Source: Acholeplasma brassicae
GTDB taxonomy: Bacteria > Bacillota_I > Bacilli_A > Acholeplasmatales > UBA5453
Assembly (NCBI RefSeq): GCF_000967915.1
Contig: NC_022549.1
Span: 531,522-595,521 of the forward strand
Length of the DNA: 64,000 nt
Direction: 5' to 3'
Under the pieces are notes generated by a model that was given only the letters and a program-made list of their open reading frames with translations, did no database searches and was not told the origin of the DNA. The translations under genes and the position numbers were made by a program. How positions within the stretch are numbered: position 1 is the first letter of the stretch; every line of letters begins with the position of its first letter. Positions 41,101 to 50,924 of this stretch are shown one piece after another.

Positions 41101-42610
41101 TTTTAATGGGGATAAAGTGCCAGACATTGACCTTAACTTCTCAGGTGAATACCAAGCAAAAGCACACAATTACGTTAAAGAACTATTAGGCGCAGATCAC
41201 GCCTTTCGTGCGGGGACCATTCAAACGGTGGCCGAACGAAACGCCTTTGGTTATGTCAAAGGCTATCTAGAAGATAAACAAATCGCAAACGTTAGAAACG
41301 CTCAAGTCGAACGCTTGGCTAAAAACATTGAAGGCGTCAAACGAAGCTCAGGTCAACACCCGGGTGGGATTGTGGTGGTACCTGAGGAAAAAGAAATCTT
41401 TGATGTCACACCAATTCAGTTTCCAGCCGATGACGTCAACGCTGAGTGGAAAACCACACACTTTGACTACCACTCATTTGAAGATAACTTACTAAAACTA
41501 GACATCCTAGGTCACGATGACCCAACGATGATCAAGTTCTTAATGGACTATGTCTACAAATATCCAGAAGAATTTCCATTTAAACGTGCGCAAGACATCC
41601 CAGTGGATGACAAAAAAGTCTACGAACTGTTTTGTTCAACCGAAGTCATTGGTGTCTCAAAAGAAGACATCAACAGTGAGGTTGCCTCTTATGGGATTCC
41701 AGAGCTTGGGACAAACTTTGTTCGTCAAATGTTATCAGACACTAAACCAAGTTCGTTTGGTGGATTAGTTAAAATATCGGGTCTTTCTCACGGGACTGAC
41801 GTGTGGTTAAAAAATGCCCAAGACTTGGTCTTAGGCAAAAAAGAAGAGTATGGCCAAATTGAATTCGATAAGGTGATTGGCTGTCGTGATGACATCATGG
41901 TAAACTTAATGCAGTTTGGGATGGACCCATTCAAATCGTTTGAGATTATGGAGTTCGTTAGAAAAGGTAAACCAGCCAAAGATAAAGAAAAATGGGCGAA
42001 ATACGAAGCAGAAATGAATCGTAATAACGTGCCTAAGTGGTATATTTGGAGCTGCAGTCAAATCAAGTACATGTTTCCAAAAGCGCACGCGACGGCTTAT
42101 GTTTTAATGGCCATGCGTATTGCTTGGTTTAAAGTGTATCACCCAGTGTTATTCTATAGTGCGTTTTTCTCAAAACGTGCCACTCAGTTTGAACATGAGA
42201 CGATGGTCGCAGGATCAAATGCAATTAGAAATCGCATTAGAGACTTAGAAGGTCAGTTTAATTTATCAGTGAAAGACGAAGCAATCTTAACGACGTTACT
42301 GATTTCACTAGAAATGACCAGACGTGGACATAAGTTCTTAAAAGTTGACATCAACTTGAGTGAGGCAACCGAATTTAAGATTGAAGGCAGAAACCTAAGA
42401 ATGCCATTTACCTCGGTCGATGGCCTTGGTGAGAACGTTGCTTACGACATCGTTGAAAAACGAAATGAAAAACCATTTACCTCGAAAAAAGAAGTCAAAG
42501 AGCGCACGAGAATCAACAAAACCGTCTTTGAAAAGATGGAAGATTATGGGTCTTTTGATGACCTAATTGAGGAAAATGATGTGATTGAACAAGGATTGTT
42601 TGCACTTTAG
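38147..42610 (+). CDS. polC: DNA polymerase III PolC-type (Gram-positive alpha subunit with intrinsic 3'-5' exonuclease)
   Basis: 1487 aa. Exonuclease motif VVFDIETTGLS embedded in a PHP/polymerase architecture. Zn-finger CPNG…CPKCG. Confidence 0.95.
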   Translation: MDKFELFIKQSNFKDAVLNTATLTTVEVNPNLKKWTFKLVFDQAPSPNSLDLFLKQLSLYFKVPSHVLHMDWFISFKDKESWKKDAMLYYQWMINQIVEEKGSISVFKNYEVTFKENKYLIYIDQSSTHLNRHIKTFDQFFNKYGLQATFELVVKQELVETKTLIEADEINTIKEIETRVTQKRSYKEEPKQDLKNFKRVYKATKVSPINQVPKDNYELDKHQNTVGDASFAIEGEIIKQEIRTLKNSSLLTLTVADEDDAIVVKQFLYKEKDIEEASKYKIGDIVNCNGRATYDTFAKDVVIIANLIAFIEKTSKKERKDTAKEKRIEFHLHTKMSNMDGLTEPSDYVNQALKWGHKAIAFTDHDGLYAYPDIYKATKGKDIKPIYGVELNFIDEKGFKMAFDDKDILLKNATYVVFDIETTGLSNQRDKIIEISAVKIENLAITDSFSYFINPEQKLSDFTTSLTSITDDDLKDAPTINEVLPKFIEFISDAILVAHNASFDIGHLYANMEKLGLEEKRFPVIDTLNVARYFYSDQLKRFNLKAVSKLFKVKLEQHHRAIADAKATADVFIQMLQDFFKKEIYLHSDINKVINTEEAWKHGFPNHINLLVQNQVGYKNLFKLVSDTLTTHFFKGPRLLKSVLDTFREGILVGSGCYKGEVFETALNRSDEELSEVIAYYDYIEVQPPQAYRHLRQDLGVDADRIIQGLIKKIINEAKRQKKIIIATGDVHYLNESDAIYRDIYIRTKLVGGGIHDLASYDEAPLQYFLTTDEMLKAFEFLGSELAHEIVVKNTNLLNNKIDLIQAFPKSLYSLRDDAFRDKLGVTSIKTEIDRLVYSKAHELYGKTLHPIVSARITRELKNIIENEFGPIYYISYLLTKKSLDDGYLVGSRGSVGSSLVATLMEITEVNPLKPHYRCPNGDFSVFKMSKEEIEQYGISDDEKAFQPYLSQIQSGFDLEDRVCPKCGAKMQKDGHDIPFETFLGFNGDKVPDIDLNFSGEYQAKAHNYVKELLGADHAFRAGTIQTVAERNAFGYVKGYLEDKQIANVRNAQVERLAKNIEGVKRSSGQHPGGIVVVPEEKEIFDVTPIQFPADDVNAEWKTTHFDYHSFEDNLLKLDILGHDDPTMIKFLMDYVYKYPEEFPFKRAQDIPVDDKKVYELFCSTEVIGVSKEDINSEVASYGIPELGTNFVRQMLSDTKPSSFGGLVKISGLSHGTDVWLKNAQDLVLGKKEEYGQIEFDKVIGCRDDIMVNLMQFGMDPFKSFEIMEFVRKGKPAKDKEKWAKYEAEMNRNNVPKWYIWSCSQIKYMFPKAHATAYVLMAMRIAWFKVYHPVLFYSAFFSKRATQFEHETMVAGSNAIRNRIRDLEGQFNLSVKDEAILTTLLISLEMTRRGHKFLKVDINLSEATEFKIEGRNLRMPFTSVDGLGENVAYDIVEKRNEKPFTSKKEVKERTRINKTVFEKMEDYGSFDDLIEENDVIEQGLFAL

Positions 42611-42653
42611 ATTACAAAAGATTATAATATATTCTAGTAAGGAGTGATTTTAC

Positions 42654-43424
42654 ATGAAAAATAATAATCCAGTATTTTCAAAAATCGAACGCCAAAGCGT
42701 CTATGACAATGTAGGTGAGGCCGCAAGCTACACCGGCGTGATGGCAAAAACATTAATTTTATTTGCTCTAGCGATTGGCTCTGCCTTTGGTTCCTTAATG
42801 ATTGCAGGATCAAACCCATCGTTATACATGGGCTTACTGGTTGCTTCTATCATCACAGGGCTTATTGGGGTGTTTGTCTCAACATTAAAACCGAATGTGG
42901 CTCATATTTTTGGACCAGTTTACGCGATCTCAGAAGGCTTCTCACTTGGCATCATTTCACTCGTCTATAGTGCGGCATTTGGTGATGCGTTTGGTGGCCC
43001 TGGTATTGTGGGTCTTGCAGTCATCATTACGATGAGTATTTTTGGTGGGATGTTGTTTGTCTATTCCTCACGCATCATTCGTGTAACTGATCGTTTTAGA
43101 CGATTTGTGATTGGGGTAGGTATGGGCATCTTATTAACGTTCTTACTGACTTGGATTGTCTCATTCTTTGATGGTGGACAAATGAGCTACACTTTGTTTG
43201 GTAACCCAAACAGTGGCTTAGTCTTGTTCTTATCACTGGTCTTAATTATGTATGGGGCATTTATGTTACTTTTACAATTTGACCACGTTGAACGTGCAGT
43301 TGATCAAGGCATGCCAAAGCGCTATGAATGGACTGTAGGGGTTGGTTTAATGGTATCAATCGTATACATTTATTATCAAGTCCTAAGATTATTAGCAATT
43401 TTAGCAAGCAGAAGTAGAGATTAA
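42654..43424 (+). CDS. Seven-TM membrane protein, possibly Bax-inhibitor-1/YccA family
   Basis: 256 aa with about 7 predicted helices. Confidence 0.4.
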   Translation: MKNNNPVFSKIERQSVYDNVGEAASYTGVMAKTLILFALAIGSAFGSLMIAGSNPSLYMGLLVASIITGLIGVFVSTLKPNVAHIFGPVYAISEGFSLGIISLVYSAAFGDAFGGPGIVGLAVIITMSIFGGMLFVYSSRIIRVTDRFRRFVIGVGMGILLTFLLTWIVSFFDGGQMSYTLFGNPNSGLVLFLSLVLIMYGAFMLLLQFDHVERAVDQGMPKRYEWTVGVGLMVSIVYIYYQVLRLLAILASRSRD

Positions 43425-43444
43425 ATCAAAGATAAAAGAAGTAG

Positions 43445-43645
43445 TAAATCTATGTAATTGAAGTGCCAAGAGAACATACGGTTGGTGAGAGTATGAGACT
43501 TCAATGGATTGAATTCATCTTTTTAGAGGTGTTAATCACACCCGCAGACGCTGCGTTAAAGCATTCAAGTGCTAAGTAATCATACTTAGAACTAAGGTGG
43601 TACCGCGATTAGTCGTCCTTAGATTTTTAAATCTAGGGACTTTTT
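43445..43645 (+). promoter_or_regulatory. T-box riboswitch leader for pheST
   Basis: T-box sequence aactaAGGTGGTACCGCG at 43588–43606, followed by terminator hairpin gtccttagattt/aaatctagggac and a T7 run just before pheS. Confidence 0.7.
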
Positions 43646-43666
43646 TTATGAAAAATGGAGGATAAA

Positions 43667-44674
43667 ATGAAAGAACAATTAGTTGAAATCAAACAAAAGA
43701 TTGAACAACAAATCAATCAGATTCAAGACTTAAACGACTTACAACTGCTTCGTTCAAGTGCGCTTGGTAAAAAAAGCGAATTACAAGGCTTGATGATTCA
43801 TTTAAAAGACTTACCAAATGACGAAAAACCAATGGTGGGAAAATTAATCAATGAAACCAAACAAGCACTAGAACTCATCTTTGATGAGCGTAAAGGCGTA
43901 TTAGAAGAAAAAGCGTTAAATGAAAAACTTGAAAAAGAACAAGTCGATGTGACACTGCCTGGTTTAAAGTTAGTCACTGGGTCAACACACTTACTTACCC
44001 AAGTTCAAGAAGACATTGAGCAATTCTTTATTGGGTTAGGTTATGAAATCAAAGACGGACCAGAAGTGGAATCCGATCACTATAACTTTGAAATGTTAAA
44101 CTTAGAAAAAGACCATCCGGCTAGAGCGATGCAAGACTCGTTCTACATTGACGTTAACCGTTTGTTAAGAACGCACACCTCACCTGTTCAAGCAAGAACG
44201 ATGCTTGAGTCAGAGGGGAAAAACATCAAAATCATTTGCCCAGGCAAGGTCTACAGAAGAGACGATGACGACCAAACACACAGCCATCAATTCATGCAAA
44301 TTGAAGGTTTAGTGATTGGAGAGTCAGTTTCATTTGCGGATTTAAAAGGCACGCTTTTAGCAGTCATTAGACATTTCTTTGGCAGTGAACGTACAATTCG
44401 TTTGAGACCGTCTTATTTTCCATTTACTGAACCTTCAGTTGAAGTCGATGTCTTCTCAGAAGATGGTCGCTTCATTGAAGTTTTAGGGGCTGGTATGGTT
44501 CATCCAAATGTTCTTAAAATGGGTGGATATGACCCGCAAAAAGTTCAAGGGTTTGCCTTTGGCATTGGGATTGAACGCTTGGCAATTTTAAAATACGCCG
44601 TTGATGACATTAGACAATTCTACACCAACGACGTTCGTTTCTTAAATCAATTTAAAGGAGGCTTGGAAAAATGA
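43667..44674 (+). CDS. pheS: Phenylalanine–tRNA ligase alpha subunit
   Basis: Class II aaRS motifs (FPFTEPS, GAGMVHP). Start taken at the ATG after RBS ggagga. Confidence 0.95.
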   Translation: MKEQLVEIKQKIEQQINQIQDLNDLQLLRSSALGKKSELQGLMIHLKDLPNDEKPMVGKLINETKQALELIFDERKGVLEEKALNEKLEKEQVDVTLPGLKLVTGSTHLLTQVQEDIEQFFIGLGYEIKDGPEVESDHYNFEMLNLEKDHPARAMQDSFYIDVNRLLRTHTSPVQARTMLESEGKNIKIICPGKVYRRDDDDQTHSHQFMQIEGLVIGESVSFADLKGTLLAVIRHFFGSERTIRLRPSYFPFTEPSVEVDVFSEDGRFIEVLGAGMVHPNVLKMGGYDPQKVQGFAFGIGIERLAILKYAVDDIRQFYTNDVRFLNQFKGGLEK

Positions 44675-47016
44675 AAATAGCCACAAATTTGTTAAAAAAC
44701 TTCATTAATCCAGTACCTGAAAACTTATATGAATTAACCAATCAGTACATCACTGAAGTAGAGTCTTACCAAACGTGGGTGAGTGCTAAAGGCATTGTTA
44801 CAGGTAAGGTCCTGACGTGTGTCGATCATGAAAATAGCGATCATCTTCACGTGACAACCGTTGATTTTGGTGATGGTGAGGTTGATCAAATCGTCTGTGG
44901 GGCTAAAAACGTCGCAGCAGGTCAATACGTCGTTGTTGCAAGACCAGGGGCAGTTTTACCAGGGGATTTTGTGATCAAGCATTCTAAAATCAGAGGCGTT
45001 GAATCCAACGGGATGATCTGTTCATTAAGAGAACTAGGGATTGAAGACAAATACGTCAGTGAAAAGTTTAAAGATGGGATTTATTACTTTGAACAAGACG
45101 TACCACTTGGGGTTGACCCAAGACCTTATTTAGGTCTAGATCAAGACACCATCGAATTATCACTGACACCAAACCGTGCAGATCTATTAAGTGTTTTAGG
45201 CTTTGCTCATGACTTAGGGGCGGTCTTAGAACATAAAGTCGTTTATGAAGAAAAACCAGTCGTTGAATCCGATGAGTTAAACCCAGTGGTGGTTAAACTC
45301 GATACCGATAAGTGTACAAAATACTACGCAAGACACGTCTCACAAGTCGTTGTTAGAGAATCCCCTGAATGGTTAAGAGGGATCTTAATCGCCTCAGGCA
45401 TTCGTCCAATCAACAACGTCGTTGACGTAACCAATTACGTGTTATTAGAACTTGGTACACCACTACACGCGTTTGACGCGAAGAAATTAAGAACCAATAA
45501 AATCGTGGTTAGAAATGCCAAAGAAGGCGAAGAAATCATTACCTTAGATGATGTTAAAAGAAGTTTAACCCAAGACGACATCTTGATCACCAACGGTGAA
45601 GTGCCGATTTGTCTAGCTGGCGTGATGGGACTATCTAATACAGCGGTTGATTTTCAAACCACTGAAGTGATTTTTGAGGCCGCAAGTTTTGATAAAAATA
45701 GCATCAGAAGAACCTCGAAACGTCTAGACTTAAGAAGTGATTCATCGCTTCGATTTGAACGTGGTATTGATGAAACCAGATTAAGACTTGCGATTAACAG
45801 AGCTGCATCGCTCTTACAAGAAATTACCATGGCAACCGTCTCAAAAGAGATTACATTTGTTGGTACGGCATTTCAACGGCCGACTAGGATTGAATTAACA
45901 CTAGAACGTGTGAATAAAACCTTAGGAATTAACTTAAAACAAGAAGAGCTTTACGGTTTACTAAAACGCCTAAACATCATGCACGTGTCAAATCAAGTGT
46001 ATTTGATCCCAACTTACCGAGACGATTTAAAAATTGAGGCAGACTTAATTGAAGAGGTTGCACGTATCTATGGGTATAACAACATCCCAATGACACTACC
46101 TAAAGAAGTCACACAAGGTAAATACACCTTCAAACAAAAAAACATCATTGAGTTAAGAAAACAATTAAGAGCGCTCGGATTTAATGAAGTCATTAATTAT
46201 TCTTTACTACCAGAAGAAAGCATTCATTTATTCTGTCCAAAATCAGAAGACATCATCAAGTTGTTACACCCAATGAGTGATGATCGTAAAGTCTTAAGAC
46301 ACTCACTCATTAATGGTCTATATGAAAACGTGGTTTACCACGAATCCAGACAATTTGACAACCTCAAGTTCTTTGAAATTGGACGTAAGTATTTCCACAA
46401 CGAAGAACCAACGTACCTAGGGATGATTCTAACAGGAGACTACATCGAATCCAACTGGCAAAAGAGACCACTTGGATCAGATTTCTTCTTGTTAAAAGGG
46501 ATGGTTGAAAAACTATTTAGTTTCTATGAAATCACCCCAAGTTTTGAAAAAACAACCGACATTGATGGATTCCATCCAGGCATTCAAGCCAAGATTACTT
46601 ACCAAAAACAAACGCTTGGATACATTGGTAAACTTCACCCAAAATTAGAAAGTGATGCCGTCGCGGTTGAGTTCAATCTAGACTTGTTATTTAAGTTAGT
46701 TGAAAAACAATCAAACTTTAAAACAATTTCAAAATACCCTGCCATCACAAGAGACATTGCGTTTGTTGTTGATAAGCACATTGAGACAAGTAAGATTGAA
46801 GCCTTGATTGTTCAAACCGCACGAAAATTTTTAACAGACATCAAACTCTTTGACGTCTACATGGATGAAAAAATAGGTACTGATAAGAAATCACTTGCCT
46901 ACACGATGACGTTTAATTCGGTAGAAAAAACCTTAGAGACTCAAGATATTGATAAGATTGTTAAAAGCATATTTAACCGTCTACAATTCGAATTTAAAGC
47001 CGAAGTCAGAAGCTAA
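44671..47016 (+). CDS. pheT: Phenylalanine–tRNA ligase beta subunit
   Basis: 781 aa with tRNA-binding, B3/B4, B5 and FDX-ACB domains. ATGA overlap with pheS. Confidence 0.95.
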   Translation: MKIATNLLKNFINPVPENLYELTNQYITEVESYQTWVSAKGIVTGKVLTCVDHENSDHLHVTTVDFGDGEVDQIVCGAKNVAAGQYVVVARPGAVLPGDFVIKHSKIRGVESNGMICSLRELGIEDKYVSEKFKDGIYYFEQDVPLGVDPRPYLGLDQDTIELSLTPNRADLLSVLGFAHDLGAVLEHKVVYEEKPVVESDELNPVVVKLDTDKCTKYYARHVSQVVVRESPEWLRGILIASGIRPINNVVDVTNYVLLELGTPLHAFDAKKLRTNKIVVRNAKEGEEIITLDDVKRSLTQDDILITNGEVPICLAGVMGLSNTAVDFQTTEVIFEAASFDKNSIRRTSKRLDLRSDSSLRFERGIDETRLRLAINRAASLLQEITMATVSKEITFVGTAFQRPTRIELTLERVNKTLGINLKQEELYGLLKRLNIMHVSNQVYLIPTYRDDLKIEADLIEEVARIYGYNNIPMTLPKEVTQGKYTFKQKNIIELRKQLRALGFNEVINYSLLPEESIHLFCPKSEDIIKLLHPMSDDRKVLRHSLINGLYENVVYHESRQFDNLKFFEIGRKYFHNEEPTYLGMILTGDYIESNWQKRPLGSDFFLLKGMVEKLFSFYEITPSFEKTTDIDGFHPGIQAKITYQKQTLGYIGKLHPKLESDAVAVEFNLDLLFKLVEKQSNFKTISKYPAITRDIAFVVDKHIETSKIEALIVQTARKFLTDIKLFDVYMDEKIGTDKKSLAYTMTFNSVEKTLETQDIDKIVKSIFNRLQFEFKAEVRS

Positions 47017-47021
47017 TTTAA

Positions 47022-47070
47022 ACGCACACAACACCAGTTGAAAGCATGGTTTTGTGTGCGTTTTTTTTTA
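47022..47070 (+). terminator. Intrinsic terminator after pheT
   Basis: Hairpin aacgcacacaa…ttgtgtgcgtt followed by a T9 run. Confidence 0.7.
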
Positions 47071-47152
47071 GTCTTTTTGCCTGTAATCGCTGATCTTTTT
47101 TTAAATGCTTTATATGGCTCTTTTTTTAGTGTATAATATCTTTGGTGATAAA

Positions 47153-48172
47153 ATGAAAAGTATTTATGATTTAAGTTTAGAAGATTTACAAGATTTGATG
47201 GTTAAAAACAACGAAAAAAAGTTTCGTGCTGAACAAATCTTTGACTGGATATACAAAAAGAAAGTGACGTCGTTTGATGACATGAAAAACGTTTCAGGTA
47301 GTGTCATTGAATTATTAAAGAATAACTATGTGATTGACACACTTGAAAAAGTCATGGAAGTCAAGAGTGTGGATGGGACAATTAAATACCTATATGCACT
47401 AGAAGATGGTAACTTAATTGAAACCGTCTTAATGAATCATGACTATGGATATTCCATTTGTGTGACCTCACAAGTGGGTTGTAACATGGGCTGTAAGTTC
47501 TGTGCCTCAGGGGTATTAAAGAAAAAAAGAAACCTAACAGCTGGTGAAATCATGAGCCAAATCGTTCAGACCGAACGAAGCTTTGGCAATCGCATTAGCT
47601 ATGTGGTTGTTATGGGCATTGGTGAACCATTTGATAACTATGAGAACCTAATGACGTTCTTACGAAATGCTAACCACCCGAAAGGCTTAGAGATTGGGGC
47701 AAGGCACATGACGGTATCGACGTGTGGGATTGTACCTAAGATCAAAGAATACGCCGATGAACAACTACAAATCAACTTAGCAATTAGCCTTCACGCACCG
47801 AATAATGACGTGCGTAATCAAATCATGCCAATCAATAAGGCTTACCCAATCGAACAAGTGATTGAGGCCATTCGTTATTATATGTCTAAGACCAATCGTC
47901 GTGTGACAATTGAATACATCATGATTAAAGACTTAAACGATCAAAAAGAACACGCACTTGAGCTATTGAGACTCTTAAAGGGCTTAAATGTGTATGTGAA
48001 CTTAATTCCTTATAATGAAGTGTTAGAAGCACCGTTTAAACGCTCTTCTAGAGAAGACATGGACGCATTTTATGACACCTTGAAAAAAGGCAACATGAAC
48101 TGTACGTTAAGAAAAGAACAAGGCCATGACATTAATGCGGCTTGTGGGCAATTAAGAAGTCAAAATTTATAA
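47153..48172 (+). CDS. rlmN: 23S rRNA/tRNA adenosine-C2 methyltransferase (radical SAM)
   Basis: Cysteine motif CNMGCKFCAS and a C-terminal catalytic Cys. A -10 tataat sits at 47133. Confidence 0.9.
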   Translation: MKSIYDLSLEDLQDLMVKNNEKKFRAEQIFDWIYKKKVTSFDDMKNVSGSVIELLKNNYVIDTLEKVMEVKSVDGTIKYLYALEDGNLIETVLMNHDYGYSICVTSQVGCNMGCKFCASGVLKKKRNLTAGEIMSQIVQTERSFGNRISYVVVMGIGEPFDNYENLMTFLRNANHPKGLEIGARHMTVSTCGIVPKIKEYADEQLQINLAISLHAPNNDVRNQIMPINKAYPIEQVIEAIRYYMSKTNRRVTIEYIMIKDLNDQKEHALELLRLLKGLNVYVNLIPYNEVLEAPFKRSSREDMDAFYDTLKKGNMNCTLRKEQGHDINAACGQLRSQNL

Positions 48173-48187
48173 TGGAGGACTGTTTAT

Positions 48188-49135
48188 TTGAGAAAAGCTA
48201 GAATTATCAAATCCATCGGAGGGCTTTATGAGCTAATTGATTTAGACTCTAATGACGTGATTGTCGCAAGACCTTCAGGTAAACTTCGAAACGTCAAATT
48301 GACAGAGGATAGTTCCTTTTTAAAACAAACAACCAAAAAGACGAAATTAGAAAAAACAACGATGCAAATCTCACCCAAAGTGGGTGATTTTGTCTCTTAC
48401 GATGAAACGGATGAAAACCATCCGATTCAAGAAATCTTTGAACGAAAAAACGAACTTTACCGTCCGGATGTCGCAAACGTTGATCAAGTCCTCTTAATCT
48501 TCGCAGCGAAAAATCCAACGTTTAGTTTTATGTTATTAGATCAATTCTTAGTGTTAATTGAACAGGCGAAAATCACGCCTGTTTTAATTGTTACTAAAAT
48601 TGATTTGGTGACGAATGAAGAACTTGATTTACTCAAAGAAAAGCTTACCTACTACAATAAAATAGGCTACACCATTCATTACGTCAACTCCAAACAAAAG
48701 ATTGGTTTTGATGTCCTTGAGGACTTGTTTGTAGATAAGGTATCAGTTTTAGCTGGTCAAACAGGCGCAGGCAAATCAACGTTTTTAAATGCGTTAATGC
48801 CTAACTTAGAACTAAAAACACAAGAAATTTCAAAAGCCCTTGGTAGAGGTAAACACACCACAAGACATTCTGAACTCTTTCTTTTTGGTGGTGGACTTGT
48901 TGCCGATACCCCAGGGTTCTCAAAGCTCGAACTCAAGTTTTACGATAAATCCGATTTAAAAGAATTCTTTATTGAATTTAGACAACAAAACGATTTATGT
49001 CGTTTTAAAAATAAATGTGACCACATTCATGAGCCTGGGTGTTACTTTAAAACACCAGGGGTTATGTTAGACTCAAGGTATGAAAACTATCAAAAACTTT
49101 ACGAAGAAATCAAACAACAAAAGGAGAAATACTAA
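48188..49135 (+). CDS. rsgA: Ribosome small-subunit-dependent GTPase A
   Basis: G-motif GQTGAGKSTFLNAL and a C-terminal zinc-finger CRFKNKCDHIHEPGC. TTG start after RBS ggagga. Confidence 0.9.
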   Translation: MRKARIIKSIGGLYELIDLDSNDVIVARPSGKLRNVKLTEDSSFLKQTTKKTKLEKTTMQISPKVGDFVSYDETDENHPIQEIFERKNELYRPDVANVDQVLLIFAAKNPTFSFMLLDQFLVLIEQAKITPVLIVTKIDLVTNEELDLLKEKLTYYNKIGYTIHYVNSKQKIGFDVLEDLFVDKVSVLAGQTGAGKSTFLNALMPNLELKTQEISKALGRGKHTTRHSELFLFGGGLVADTPGFSKLELKFYDKSDLKEFFIEFRQQNDLCRFKNKCDHIHEPGCYFKTPGVMLDSRYENYQKLYEEIKQQKEKY

Positions 49136-49767
49136 TGAAAATTGCACCATCTATTTTAACCGCGGACTTCTTGAAGCTAGAAGAAGAAATCAAGTCGATT
49201 GAACAAGAAAGTGACTATCTTCATCTAGACGTCATGGATGGACACTTCGTACCAAACATCTCGTTTGGTTCTCACGTTTTAAGTGGCCTTAAACGAATCA
49301 CAAACGTGCCTTTAGACACGCACTTAATGATTTCAAATCCAATCGATTACATCAAGGATTTTGCAGGCATCAATTCAAGCTTCATTACCATTCACGTCGA
49401 GGCGAATAAAGTCAAAGAAACCCTTGATTTGATTCACTCTTATGGGATAAAACGTGGGCTATCTTTAAAACCAAAAACGTCAATTGAAGAATTAAAGCCT
49501 TACTTAAGTGAGTTAGAACTGGTTTTAGTTATGTCAGTAGAACCTGGTTTTGGTGGACAGTCCTTTATGGTAGATCAATTAGATAAAGTCAGAGAATTGG
49601 TTCGCCTTAGAGATGAGCATCACTACAACTACGTCATTGAAATTGATGGTGGCATCAATTTTAATACCGCGAAACTCGCCAAAGAAGCAGGCGTTGATAT
49701 CGCTGTTGCAGGCAGTTATGTCTTTAACGCAAAAGATAGAAACGAAGCCATTAGAGGAATTAAATAA
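49135..49767 (+). CDS. rpe: Ribulose-phosphate 3-epimerase
   Basis: Carries the epimerase motif HLDVMDGHFVPN. Confidence 0.9.
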   Translation: MKIAPSILTADFLKLEEEIKSIEQESDYLHLDVMDGHFVPNISFGSHVLSGLKRITNVPLDTHLMISNPIDYIKDFAGINSSFITIHVEANKVKETLDLIHSYGIKRGLSLKPKTSIEELKPYLSELELVLVMSVEPGFGGQSFMVDQLDKVRELVRLRDEHHYNYVIEIDGGINFNTAKLAKEAGVDIAVAGSYVFNAKDRNEAIRGIK

Positions 49768-50366
49768 TGCGTTTTATTGTGGTTTGTCCAAAAGTACCTC
49801 AAAACTTAAAACAACTCATCGCATTTGAAAACGTGTTTGTCATTGCTGTAGACGCTGCCTTAAAAGACTTAGTAAAAAACCACATCCATGTGGATGCGGC
49901 CATTGGTGATTTTGATTCGCTTGAGAATCCTCAATTACTTGAGAATCTACCAACGATTAAACTAAACCCCGTAAAAGACGTTTCAGATGCCTTTAGTGCG
50001 CTTGAATACGCATTTAGTAATAGCGAGGACGTCGTGATGGTAGGTGGGCTCTTTGGCTCAAGAATTGATCACCTATATGCGAACCTCCTATTATTCCATC
50101 ATTACCCTAAATTAACGATCATTGATGAAGGTAATAAAATTCAGTCATTTACTGAGGGAACATACACATTTGAAAAAGATGAGTATGATTATTTTTCTAT
50201 ATTTTCGATAAATGAGTCTTTAATCAGTACCTCTGGTAGTAAATACAATTTAACTGACTTTCGGATGAAAACCTCTGATCCGCTGGGGCTATCAAACGAG
50301 ATAGAAGACACATTAACTTTAACTGTAAAACAAGGTCATGTGATTGTCATCAGGTCAAAAAAATGA
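49767..50366 (+). CDS. thiN: Thiamine pyrophosphokinase
   Basis: Motif AIGDFDS. Conserved rsgA–rpe–thiN order. Confidence 0.8.
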   Translation: MRFIVVCPKVPQNLKQLIAFENVFVIAVDAALKDLVKNHIHVDAAIGDFDSLENPQLLENLPTIKLNPVKDVSDAFSALEYAFSNSEDVVMVGGLFGSRIDHLYANLLLFHHYPKLTIIDEGNKIQSFTEGTYTFEKDEYDYFSIFSINESLISTSGSKYNLTDFRMKTSDPLGLSNEIEDTLTLTVKQGHVIVIRSKK

Positions 50367-50369
50367 AAA

Positions 50370-50395
50370 AAAAAAGGCTTCGGCCTTATTTTTTT
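50370..50395. terminator. Bidirectional terminator between thiN and rpmB
   Basis: aaaaaaaaaaggcttcggccttatttttttt is a perfect hairpin flanked by A and T runs. Confidence 0.75.
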
Positions 50396-50583
50396 TAAGC
50401 TCTTGTAAGTGTACCTTTTTTAAGTGCACGTGCAGAAACCTTAACTCTTTTCACGTTCCCGTTTTCATCAACGATACGAACGCTTTGTAAGTTAGCTTTC
50501 CAAGTGCGACGATTTGCATTTAAGGCGTGGCTTCTAGAATTCCCAAAAGACGTACTCTTACCTGTTACATAACATTTTGCCAT
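50395..50583 (-). CDS. rpmB: 50S ribosomal protein L28
   Basis: 62 aa, [33 protein letters not shown]. Confidence 0.95.
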   Translation of the reverse strand: MAKCYVTGKSTSFGNSRSHALNANRRTWKANLQSVRIVDENGNVKRVKVSARALKKGTLTRA

Positions 50584-50924
50584 AGTTTCACTCCTCTACT
50601 TTACGCATATAAAACTATAACATAATAAATTTTAAAAAGCAACTAGTAAGTCATAAAAGTTTGTAAAAAAGATTAAAATGAGAGATTCAAACCAAAAGCT
50701 TCGAAACGCAATTGAAAGAATAATATTTGCTTTTTAGAAAAATATGATATAATAATGTCGTATATCCACCTATTGCAAATGACTTGCACACGTGATATAC
50801 TATAAAAAGCCAATAACAAAACATGATTAGTGAACATTAAACTCAAGTAACTTGAGTATCTAAACTTATACCGACAATTAAATATCTAATGCTCATTTTG
50901 AAATCATTTAGGAGGATCTTAGAA

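Noticed and set aside
41550-42088. Short ORFs inside polC on both strands
   Set aside because: polC is unambiguous across this span; these are shadow ORFs.
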